This document shows, in pieces, positions 1 through 10,385 of a DNA stretch of 64,000 nt. A model generated the notes under the pieces. That model saw only the letters and a list, made by a program, of their open reading frames with translations. It was not told where the DNA came from and made no database searches. The translations under genes were made by a program, and so were the position numbers. Every line of letters begins with the position of its first letter. Position 1 is the first letter of the stretch. The stretch is from the NCBI GenBank assembly GCA_028534125.1, contig CM052832.1, positions 12,648,001 to 12,712,000 of the forward strand, in the 5' to 3' direction. Origin of the DNA: Lama glama (taxonomy: Eukaryota).

Positions 1-1069
1 CTTGCCGGGGATCACTTGGCTCAGAGGAGGCAGAGCCTCCAGAGGCCAAGGCCAGGATCCCTGGGGGATCCCGGGCACCTGGGGGGCCAATGCCATACCC
101 TCTAATCCCTGTTTTTCACCTGGTCACCAAGGGGGATGGACGGGTCCTGCCTGGCTCAAATCTGGCACCTCAGTCCTTCCAGCTCTCCAGCGGCCCCCAT
201 TTTCCAATCTTAAAACCCATAAGCAAACCACCTCATTTGACTGCCAGGATGTCACCAGGGCCTGCCCTTTGCCCTCTGCCTTCCACCCTGCCTTCTACCT
301 TCCCTAGGGCTAATCGCCTTAGTTAGATGTGATGTAGCCACAAGACTTCCCAACTGTAAAAATTGCAAAAATAAATGTGACGGTGTCTGAGGCTGCAGAT
401 ACAGATATATGTTTTTATTTTGCACCAAATAACACATTTAATTACTTCTTGGAGGGGGAGCCTATTTGGCAGATAGTGCAGGCAATGCTAATAATAGCAC
501 TTTGCACTGAGGGCCTCGAACACAGGCGAAGAGCCATGAAAGGGTCCTGTTTCTGTTCCAGACAACTTGAAAGCTCCACGAACACTCGTGCCTCCTTCCT
601 CAAGAGCAGAGGGAATTGTGAAGAAAATGCTGTGGGTTTTTGCTTTTAACTCACTGTTTTGATCCTTTCCAGCCATCAGAATATAGAACCCCTGGAGAGA
701 CTGGGGTGGGGGTCGTTATCTGGTGGGAAGAGAGTGTGGAGGAGAGGGCACAGCTCCTCTTCTCCATCCTCCTACCCCATCTCAAAGGGCAGAGCCAGAG
801 GGAGCCCCTCAAGATAACACCTAGCCTGGCTGGGGCACAGTTTTGTGCAAAGAGATAGAATAGTGAATCAGGAGAATCTGTTTTGCCAGTTTGGGCAAAT
901 TGTGCTCAGTCCTGTTGTGGGGTGTTGGGCCTCATGTTCCTCACCTGTAAATTGGGGTTCATGATACCTACAGCACAGGGATGTTGTGAAGATTAGGTTT
1001 AGGGTCGGTCCATCCTACCGTTAAAATCTCTGTGATTTAGACAGCAGAATGCTCCAGTGAGCATGGGAG

Positions 1070-1506
1070 GTGGCCACCACCCACAGACCATGCTTCTGGT
1101 GTGCTCAACTTCTCAGTGGCTCTGGGCTGTTCCCCAGGGCAGGAAGCTGTTGGCCCTGGCTTGTCTCAAGGGTGCTGGGTAGCTATGCCTGGAGGCCTCG
1201 CTGCAGTACACAGCCAACAGGCCCAAGTGGGGTTACCTCCGTCCCTAGCAAGGGAGTCAGTCAGCTGGAGCTGGAGGAGATGCTGGTCCCTAAGAAGATG
1301 TCCATCAGCCCCCTGGAGAGCTGGCTGGCTACCCACTACCTCCTGCCCAGACTGAATGCTGGGGCCCCAGGGACTATGTCTCCAGCTCGGAGTGTCTACC
1401 TAGCTGGTGGGGGAAGGGGCCAAGCAGGGGGGCAGCAGGGCTGAGATACACTGCAGATTCAGTGCAGAAACTTACTAAAGATCCACTGGTAAAAGATGAA
1501 TCATCT
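1070..1506 (+). pseudogene. AURKAIP1: Processed pseudogene of AURKAIP1 (mitochondrial ribosomal protein mS38), frameshifted and 3'-truncated
   Basis: ATG at 1090 after a CCACAGACC leader gives MLLVCSTSQWLWAVP. After a frameshift the sequence reads ...[38 protein letters not shown], and later DTLQIQCRNLLKIHW*KMNH. These match recalled AURKAIP1 motifs ([54 protein letters not shown]). No introns; several frameshifts; stops at 1180-1182 and 1490-1492. Confidence 0.9.
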
Positions 1507-2864
1507 CACACATACACACAGAGACACACAAGATCTCTATGAGTGAGATCTAGCCTCTGCCACTCAAATGTAGAACTAAAAGGTGCCTTGGGAGCCCACC
1601 AGGTCTGACCAGCTCCTTCACCTACTTCACAGATGAGGAGACTGAGGTCCAGAGAAGGGGGAGTGCCTTGTGAGCTGTATCTGCGCTGGGACCCAAGCCC
1701 GGCTGTTTGCCCCCAGGTAGGGCGCTTTCTCACGTCTCCTGGCTTACTGCTGTGTGCTCTTGGGAAGGTGGCCACACCCCTCTAGGTTCTGCTTTTCCTT
1801 CCCTGTAGAATGGAGGCCTTGGACTGGATGCCAAAACAGTGTAGGGGAATGAACCATAGAGGCCTGGACATAAATCCTGGCTGGGTTACCTGGGAGAGTA
1901 ATGTTAGCTCCTGACCCTCATCACCACTGTCATCACCCTTCACAGGGCGTGCTGCGTGGAGACACTATTTGTTCTAAGTTGCTTTACTTAGACAAACTCA
2001 TTTCCTCCTGACTACAACCCAGGAAGCGAGTCCTACTACTTTTCCGCATTTATAGATGAGGCAACTGAGGCCCACAGTGGTCAAGTAACTTGCCCAAGGT
2101 CATGCACCTCATACGGGTGTCACTGGGAAGGATTCAAGGAAGGGCACCTAGGGGGCCAGGCACTCAGTAAGCCTCAGAGCCCCACCCCCACCTCCAGTCT
2201 AGTCAGTACCTTCTAGGAGTCTGTCATCACAGCCAAGACTCACAGGAATCAGGAGGCCTTTTACACACCATATGGCTATAGGATTAATAAAGTGTCGTAA
2301 CCAAAGATTGGAAAAGAGATTAGGGGACTCAGTTCCTGGAGTGGAACTATTAAAAAAGAAGGAAGCCGCTCAGCTCTGCAATGGAGGATGGTGATGGGGC
2401 CCAGGCCTCCTCTTAGATGCTGGGCAAACACCAGGCAAGGGAGCATCCCTAACCAGCTCAATGTGTCTGCTGTCGGCCGTAAAGATGCGGCTTATTGGCG
2501 CTATGGTGACGGGAGAACTGAAGAGTAACAAAAGGACCTCTTTGGAGAGGGATAAGGAGGCAAGTTTATTACCCTCAGCAAAGAGGGCTACTCAGAGCTG
2601 GAACACCCATTCTGATGACAGGAGACAGATCCCACCTCTCCCGGCCTCAGGGTTGTGTTCCTCTGCCAACCTCTGGTCACAGGTTGGGAGATGAATCGGA
2701 CTTAGCACGGCCTTTGCTCTTCATCCTTGTCCTTCTGGGGGCACGTCTACCTACCCTATCCCAACAGCAAGGCCAGACTGGGCCTCCTGACCTTCCCGCC
2801 CTCCTTCCTCACCCATCCAGACAGAACAGTTACCACCTTCCTCTGTCTTTCCTGATGCAAGAGT

Positions 2865-3075
2865 TGACTGCCTGGGTTCAAATCCCAGCTCTGCTACATG
2901 CCGGCTATGTGATCTTGGGCAAGTTACTTCACCTCTCCGGCCTTCAGTCTCATCATCTGTGAGATGTGTGTAATAACAGCAGCCACCTCATGGGATCGGT
3001 GTGGGGGTTAAATGAGGCTTGTAAAGTGCTTGGTCCAGTGTGTGACACTGAGTAAGACCTCAATAAATGTTGCTT
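2865..3075 (+). mobile_element. MIR SINE
   Basis: CCTGGGTTCAAATCCCAGCTCTGC...GTGATCTTGGGCAAGTTACTTCACCTCTC...CTCAATAAATGTT is the typical MIR core and tail. Confidence 0.85.
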
Positions 3076-3649
3076 TATATCATTTTTAAAACTATTTTGA
3101 CCCTTACCGTATTATATTAAAACTTGATCATGAGTCTGTCTCCCCACTTAGACCCTGGGCTCTGGACTTCTCATGTCCTCCTAACAACTCCATGACATAG
3201 TTATTGTTGTCCCCATTTTAAAGATGACGACACTGTAGCTCAGAGCTATCAACCAACCACCTCCCCCAAAGTCAAACTGCTGGTACCACTCAGGGACAGG
3301 TCTCAAAGTGGACTTTATGACCCTTACACTTTGCTCACAGGGCCTCAGCCTAGGCAACCACCAGGGGCTCCCAGTTCTGCTGCCTCAGCCTATGGCTTTG
3401 TGCTGGCCTGTTGGGCAGCAAATAGTTAAAGATGTTATCCCAAGACTTCAGACAGGAAATAGTTAAAGAAAAGTAGTCTCAGCTCCAGAGGATACAGAGA
3501 CCAGAAGCCAGGTCTGCAGGCCTCTGGGATGTGGGGTGCCAGGAAGCTGAGATTACCTGAGCCGTACAGGACAGCTGCTGCCCGCCACTCAGACAGGGAA
3601 ATGCCAGCCCAAGACCCTTCATCACCAGAAAGATGCTGCTGCTGAGACA

Positions 3650-3765
3650 GAGTGTGCACAGCATAGACACATGGGTGCACACACACACATGCAGAGACAC
3701 GTACACACAGACACATACATGCAGAGTGATACACAGACTCATGGGCACACACACTCTCACACATA
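3650..3765. repeat. Degenerate CA-rich microsatellite
   Basis: Interrupted (CA)n runs such as GCACACACACACATGCAGAGACACGTACACACAG. Confidence 0.8.
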
Positions 3766-5204
3766 ACCACTGACTCCCCTGCAAAGCAGAGTCAGAGGGA
3801 ACAATTGTGTCCTCTTTCTAAGGGGAGAGACTTGGTGCGGTGATGGGGATGCCTGGGGGCTCCTAGTCACATAGGAGGGATTTGAGTGATCATGGAGAGT
3901 ACAAGTCGAAGACTGACACTACAGTGAGGTGAGAGGATGGGGGTTTCTAGAGTGTTTTTCACCAGGAGTTCAGTGTGAAAGGGTGAGAGGTCAGAAAATC
4001 TTAGGGTTAGTAGATCTGATCTCCCCTGACTGACATCCATCCAAACAAGTCTAAAATCTGATCCTTCCCCTCCCTGAGCAGAGTCCTCAGGCTTTAGTAG
4101 ACATCAGATCCACCTGAAGAGCTAATTTAAAAATTCAGATTCCTGGGCCACCCCACTGGAGATTAGCAGGTATGGAAACTGAGACCCAGAGAGGCTAGGT
4201 AACTTGCCTAGGACCACACAGCAGAGCCACAATGGGTCCAGGACCCAAGCTGTGACCCACCATGCTAGGTTCTGTCTCAGGCACTTGTAGACTCAGGTGT
4301 GGGCATCATTTAATCCTTGCAGTGAACCCCTTGGGGGAGCAAGATCGGGAGCAAGGGGTAGAGCTGGGCAAAAAGGGTCAGGACCCCAGGCTCAGAGGTA
4401 GGAGTTCCAGGCAGGGCTCTGTTTCCATTGGGGGCTGGAGACTCAGAGAAGAAACTGAGGCACAGGTGCAGTTGTGTGGGTTGGCTTGACCAGGCTGCAA
4501 GACAAGTGCCTAGTGGTCAAGGACAGTTTGCAGGAACTTTATGACTTGGGCAAGTGACTTGGCCTCTCTGAACCTACAGAAAACTGGGGTAACAATGGTC
4601 CCCACTACACAGGGCTGTGGTGAGGATTAAGTGAGCTTATCACACATCCTATCACCAGGGAGGGCCTAGGTAAGTGGCAGTTTAGCCTCCTACAGACCCA
4701 GACATGGGTGACCCATTCTGGCAGGGATTGAGTGCACAGCCTAGAAGCTGCCTAAGGGGGCGTGCCAGTCCTTCTGCCACACCCTGGGCCACCTTGAGGC
4801 CAGCACAATTCACCTTCCTTTCCAGGAGGGGAGTATAAAGGAGGCCAACCCTGGCTCCAGATGCAGCTGATCTGGAGCTGCTAATACAGTTTCTTACCTC
4901 CGACCAGGGCTGCCATCTGTGCAGGGCTGCATGGACCTGCTAGTCTCAGAGGGTGGTTAATTTATGACCCTCCCTGATCCCCATCTAAACCAAGCCAGAG
5001 GGGCCTCAAGCCCCAGACCTCAACCTCTCAGCAGGAGGAGAGGAAACAGAATCGAGTTCCAGCTTAAATTCTCTCCTTCCCAGGGACAGTTAGCCAAAGG
5101 GGTGTGGAGGTGAGGCCTGCTCCCTTTAACTCCTTCTACCAAAGCCTTGGTCTTGCATTTACACTTTGTTAATTCACACACTTTACCAAGAAGCAGAGGG
5201 AAGA

Positions 5205-5435
5205 GCCAGCAAGAGCACGGACTCTGCAGCCAGACTGCCTGGGTCCAACCTCTGATGCTACCAGCTCTGCAACCTTGGACAAACTGCTTTCCCTCTCTGT
5301 GCCCCTGTTTCGTTATCTATAAACTGGAGATAATAATAGAAGCTACCTCCCAGTGCTGTTGTAAGGACTAAATAATAATAGAGACAAAAATTTCAAACAA
5401 TCTCAGACACATGGTAAATGTCAATTGTCATTATC
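5205..5435 (+). mobile_element. MIR SINE
   Basis: CAGACTGCCTGGGT...CCTTGGACAAACTGCTTTCCCTCTCTGTGCC...TCTATAAACTGGAGATAATAATAG. Confidence 0.8.
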
Positions 5436-7244
5436 AGCTGCTGGTCCATCTGGCATCATTGTGGGCCCTGGAGGGTGTGGATATGAAAAATGAGGCAGAT
5501 GTGCCTCAAGGCCTCCCTGGGGGTGGGAGGCATCTGACCTGTAACAAATCAGGATCTAGGAGAGGGACCACACAGTGGTGAAGGGGAGGGGCAGAGGGTG
5601 TCTGCATGGAGCAGCAGCGTAAGTCAGGGGTCGAGGGGGTAGGGTGGGTCTTCTTGGGGAGGGAAGTCTGGGCTGAGGCTGCCTGTCCAGGCTCCCACCT
5701 TTCCCTTCTTCATTCCTCACTTTCTTCCTGTTCTGCTCCACTCCTGAGGGAGGAACAGACACAGAGAGATTCATCTCCTGTCGGGCGTCCTCCACTTATA
5801 AGGCTGGCCTCAGGTCACCAACCATTTCCTTAGGGTCTCTGCCCCTTGGATGGGTTGACCTAGGATTCCATCAGGATGATGTGGTCACCTGGGGGAACTG
5901 GAGTGTTGAGTGGGAAGGCCCTGTTTACTTCAGGAGTAGCCTGGCAGGGGCTCTGATCAGAAGGCATCTTGTTCTAATTGTACATGGGAGTGAGGCTCCC
6001 TCACATGTGGTATCTCCTCACTCAGAGTTCCAGCTCTCTGAAGAAATGGTCATTGTTCTGCCTCCTTTCTGGGGCTCCCTGAGAACAGGGCTGTGTCTCC
6101 CCCTTCAGTCTCCTTCCTGGGTATCACCTCACTTATCTCCTGGAACAAGACTTTGGCCTCATGGGTACTCTAGGGAGGCAATGTAGATGTTTCATTTACT
6201 CGAAAATTCCTCTCATCCTGTCTGGGTAGGTGGGCAGCAAGATAGAGAATTAAGTCCAGGCAGGAGGTGGAAAGGTCTGGTGAGAGCCCCAGAGTCCGTG
6301 TTGTGGTGAGGGCTGCTGGAGGTCACGTCCAGACACACCCTTTTTCCTGGTCCTGCACTAGCCCCAGTCAGCAGCTTTCACAGACTGACCCTGGCCTCAG
6401 AAGCAGGGAGGCACGTGATGGCTCCCTGATGCCCAGTCCTCTCCCAAGCCCCAGAGGTAAGCTCCTGTGTCGTGGGAGCCAGAAGGGTCATCTCTGTACA
6501 TGAACTACACTGATTGCTTGAGTCAGTTGCTGCCCAACTAGTGTTTGTTGAATGAATAATCACAGACATGCTGACCTGTTATTCCCCAGCCTAGACAGCT
6601 CACCTCTACCAGCCTCTGTCTTTCCAGATCCTTCAAGGCCAACCCACATTCCCAATCAGCTCAGCCGAAAATTCTCTCTACCATCTCCTGACCCCCCGTA
6701 GCACCCACATGTGGCCCTTGAGTCCAGTCCCCAACCTTGGTGCTCACTAGACTCAGAGGGGGAGTTTTCTAAAACGCTAATGCCTGGGTTCTGATTTGAT
6801 TGGCTGGGGGTCGGGCTGCAGGGCAGATTCCGTTTAATTCCCCAGATGGTGCTAACATGTTGCCATGACTCAGGACCAAGGGACCAGACTGTGGTCTCCT
6901 CCAGAGGAAGAGGGAACTGTTGTTTATCGCTAAGTCCCAGTGCCTAGCACTGGGCCTCGTTCATAGTAGGTGCTCCGTAGATGTTTGTTAATATAAGATT
7001 TCATGACAGGTGGGCCAGTCCCTTTCCTTGAGATGCCTGAAGGTAAACAGAACTGGAGTCAATCTTCCTCTCCAGCAGGTCATCTCTGTTGACTGATAGA
7101 CTGGATTCAAATTCGGCCACTTCTTTGGCCTTGGGCGAGTTGAACCTCAGTTTCCTCAGCTGTAAATGGGGCCAATAACAGCCCTTACCTCACAGAGATG
7201 TTTTGAGGAGGGTGGAGAGCATATCCCTAAAGGCTTAGCTCAGG

Positions 7245-7720
7245 CTGTGTGCATTTATCTGCATCCTGGCAGGAAACAGATGGTTTATTCAAACTGCTGA
7301 AGAGAGTTTACCAAAGGAGGTATTTGCAAAGATGTGGGCAGGGCTGAGGAAGGCAGAAAGGGATGAAGCAGAACCCCTGGGCTGGCAACACTGGGGGACT
7401 GTCAGCACCCCTAGGCCTAGAGGGGCACCGGGAGGAAGCAGGAGCCCAGAGACAGAGCCGTGATGTAGGAGAGGGGCGAGAAGTCACCAGGAGCGCTGAG
7501 GAAGCGGCCCCTGCATCCCGGAATACCTGCCTCCACTCCCCTCCCTCCCTCCCTCATCTCCTAGTAGTGCCTCCCATGGGAAGATGCCAACCAGAGGAGT
7601 TCACTTCATGGGAGCCTGGGGGATGCAATCCACAGAGGTGGCCTCCGCGGGGCACAGGGCAGTGTGGAAAAGGGCAGAGAGTGGATTTGGAGGAGCAGAC
7701 GGAAGACAGCCAGCACCATG
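7245..7720. mobile_element. Ancient LTR fragment (ERVL/MaLR class; exact family uncertain)
   Basis: CCTGGCAGGAAACAGATGG...GAGAGTTTA...TATTTGCAAAGATGTGGGCAGGG resembles recalled old LTR consensi; a related copy lies at ~34720-35080. Confidence 0.55.
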
Positions 7721-8689
7721 ACTTATGGTGAATGCTGATGAAATGTTATTGCTATTATTACTCTTCATGTGGCTCGTGTGGACTGTCTTGTGACATCTGA
7801 CCTTGCTATTATTTTATAATATAAGCATGCAATACAATATGAACAGTATTGTAGGCACATGCTGGGTCTCCTGAGCATAACAGACGGCCCAGGCCGGCTC
7901 AGCTCCTCAGCAGCCCCATCCGCACACGGCAGGTGCCCCATACACACTGGAGGAAGGAAGGAGTGACAGCACATCTCCATGTTCAGCCATAGGCTTCAGC
8001 TTGTTGGACAAGCCATCAAAATGGCTTTGCGATAGCAAGCTTCATTAAAATGGAAGTGTGGAGCTCTAGTATGCAGATGGGGCCACTTTATTACTTTTTA
8101 ATTTGTTTACAGAAAGCCCATATTTCGTGTAAACCATCTTTGCAAATAGTAACAAATGGATATGTTTGCTGCCTCCAAAGTTGTGGTGTCCCTGGATGAA
8201 CAGGCCAAAACTGTGTTTGAAGATTGCACTTGGTTACTCTTAATGAAATCTGACATGTTCCCCAAAATGAGCAGGAGGCTGAAGGAGGAGGACCCAAAGT
8301 GTGTTGTGTATGTTGTATATATGTGTATGGTGTGTTCGTGTGGTGTGTGTATGTGTCTTTGGGCAACTCATACCCTCTCTGGATTCACTTTCTTGATCTA
8401 CACAATAAGTGACCTGGGCTTGAGTGTCTCCACAGCCTTTGCAGGTGTTCTGTGCCATGGCTTTGTGATTTCTCTATCAGCCTAGAAACTATAAACCTCT
8501 CTGAACCATCAGCTTCCCAATTAATTTAAAGGGAAGCCGTCTTCACTAAAATGAAATAAAACCTACAAATTACCAAGTGCAATTTGAAAACTGGTCAAAT
8601 TGAATGAAGAATACTTAACGGAGTGTAACTATTCAAGTGGCAGTTCAAATACTATACTGTAGCCCCTAAAAGCAACAATCTTCATAAAT

Positions 8690-8895
8690 CTATCAGGACT
8701 CTCAAATCCCAGTTTCACTCATAATTAACTGTGCGATATTGGGAAAGTTACCTAACCTCTCTGCACCTCCATTTTTATTTATAAAGAGGGGATAACACTA
8801 CCCTTCTCATGGGGCTGTTGCAGGGATTAGATGATTCTTGCAAACCATTCAAGAATGTGGCACCAGCAGGTGCTCAGTCATTGTTAACTACTGTC
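8690..8895 (+). mobile_element. MIR SINE
   Basis: TCAAATCCCAG...TTGGGAAAGTTACCTAACCTCTCTGCACCTC...AGGTGCTCAGTCATTGTTA. Confidence 0.8.
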
Positions 8896-8989
8896 ATTCT
8901 TATTATGCATCGTAGTGTGTTTCTATTAAAGAGAAAGAATTTAGGACAATCTCTGTAACATAAAGTTGCCCATTCAGCAGAATCTGTCC

Positions 8990-9235
8990 TATCCTGAGGA
9001 AGTGCTCTGGCCCCCAAGTCACTCTCCATCACATCCCCATGCTTTACTTTCCTCACAGCACTCATCACAACCTAAACTCCGCTTCTTATTTATCGCTGCT
9101 TATTATTGGTCTCTCCCCACCTGGGTGTGCAGTCCACCAGGGCGCGGACCTTGTTGGTCTTATTCGTGGCTGTCTCCCCAGTGCCTAGAACAGCATCTAG
9201 CTGGTTCTCCATAAATCCTTGTCCAGTGAATGAAC
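8990..9235 (+). mobile_element. L2 LINE 3' end
   Basis: GTCTCCCCAGTGCCTAGAACAG...ATAAAT...GTGAATGAA is the L2 tail signature. Confidence 0.75.
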
Positions 9236-10149
9236 AAGTACACCGGCTAAGCATGCAGTGTTGACCAGACATGAGGATGAACTCTGAAAACCTTGGTCAA
9301 GGTCAGGGCCCCGCAGGAGGGAATGCCACGTGCATGCACTGCATGCTATAACACACACATCCAACTCTACAGTCTCAGTTCATGGAACTGTGCATTATCT
9401 GGATTTTTGTTTTGACTTTAGGATAAAGCAAGATCAGAAAAAAGCACACAAAAGGGAACAAAATAGCGTCCTATTCCTTGGGGTGAAGTCCCAGGCCCAG
9501 CACCCTTAGGCTGTCTCCTGGGCATCCCCTTAAGGGGCCTGGGATGACTTCTTGTCCTGGAAATGGGCTCCCAGGGAGCAGAGGCTCCCTGGTGGAAATG
9601 AGGCACCCTTTCAGGTGCCCAGGGCTTTGGAATTTACAAAGCTTCTCTTGGAGCACATCCCACCTGATCTCTCCTTGTGAAAAGGGAAAGCCTGAACTCC
9701 CTCCAGGTCCCACGATCCCCATTTTGCAGATGCAGAAGCAGGGGGTGAGGGGGGTGGGGGGAGGAGGTAGGACAGATTTGCCAGTCTTCCCACAGCCTAG
9801 CTGGGGCTCTTTCTAATAATACCTTGAGGCCTCCACAGAAAGGAATCTTAATTACCCTGCTGACTAAAGCAAGGAAAAGGGTTTGTGCATTTCAAATAAA
9901 ATTTCAACTACAAAGGGGATGAAACCAAAAGGAATGGGCTACTCTCAGTTAACCAGAATATTCTATTAACCAGGAACACACATCCCACCCCAACAGCTGG
10001 AAGTATGTCTTAAAGATTATCCTGTTTGGTGTGTCTCAGGATTTTAGACATTGTTTCTAATTGATCACTCTAGCAAAGATTCAGGACCCAGTGTGATAAA
10101 AAACAAAGAGCCTACCTTTCCCAAGAAGTATTTAAAGCATTCTGTTATT

Positions 10150-10385
10150 GCAGTAATAATATCCAGCACCTATCACGTAAGTCCTTATTACGCTCCAGAC
10201 ATTGCTGTAAGCCCTTCAGGTCACAACCTTATGATACACCACTTCTCCACGTTATAGATGGGAAAACTGAGGCAAGAGAGCTTAAGGAACACGCTCAAGG
10301 TCACACAGCTGGTAAGTGGCCAAGCCAAGATTCACATCCAAGTAGTCAGTTTCCTGAGCTTACACTCTACCATTACATTGTGCTG
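10150..10385 (-). mobile_element. MIR SINE
   Basis: TTATAGATGGGAAAACTGAGGC...CTCAAGGTCACACAGCTGGTAAGTGGC is the reverse-strand MIR core. Confidence 0.85.

Noticed and set aside
1070-1444. 124-aa ORF as a functional AURKAIP1 paralog
   Set aside because: It starts at GTG. The true ATG (1090) is out of frame and hits a stop at 1180-1182, and the C-terminal region is frameshifted, interrupted by a stop and truncated.
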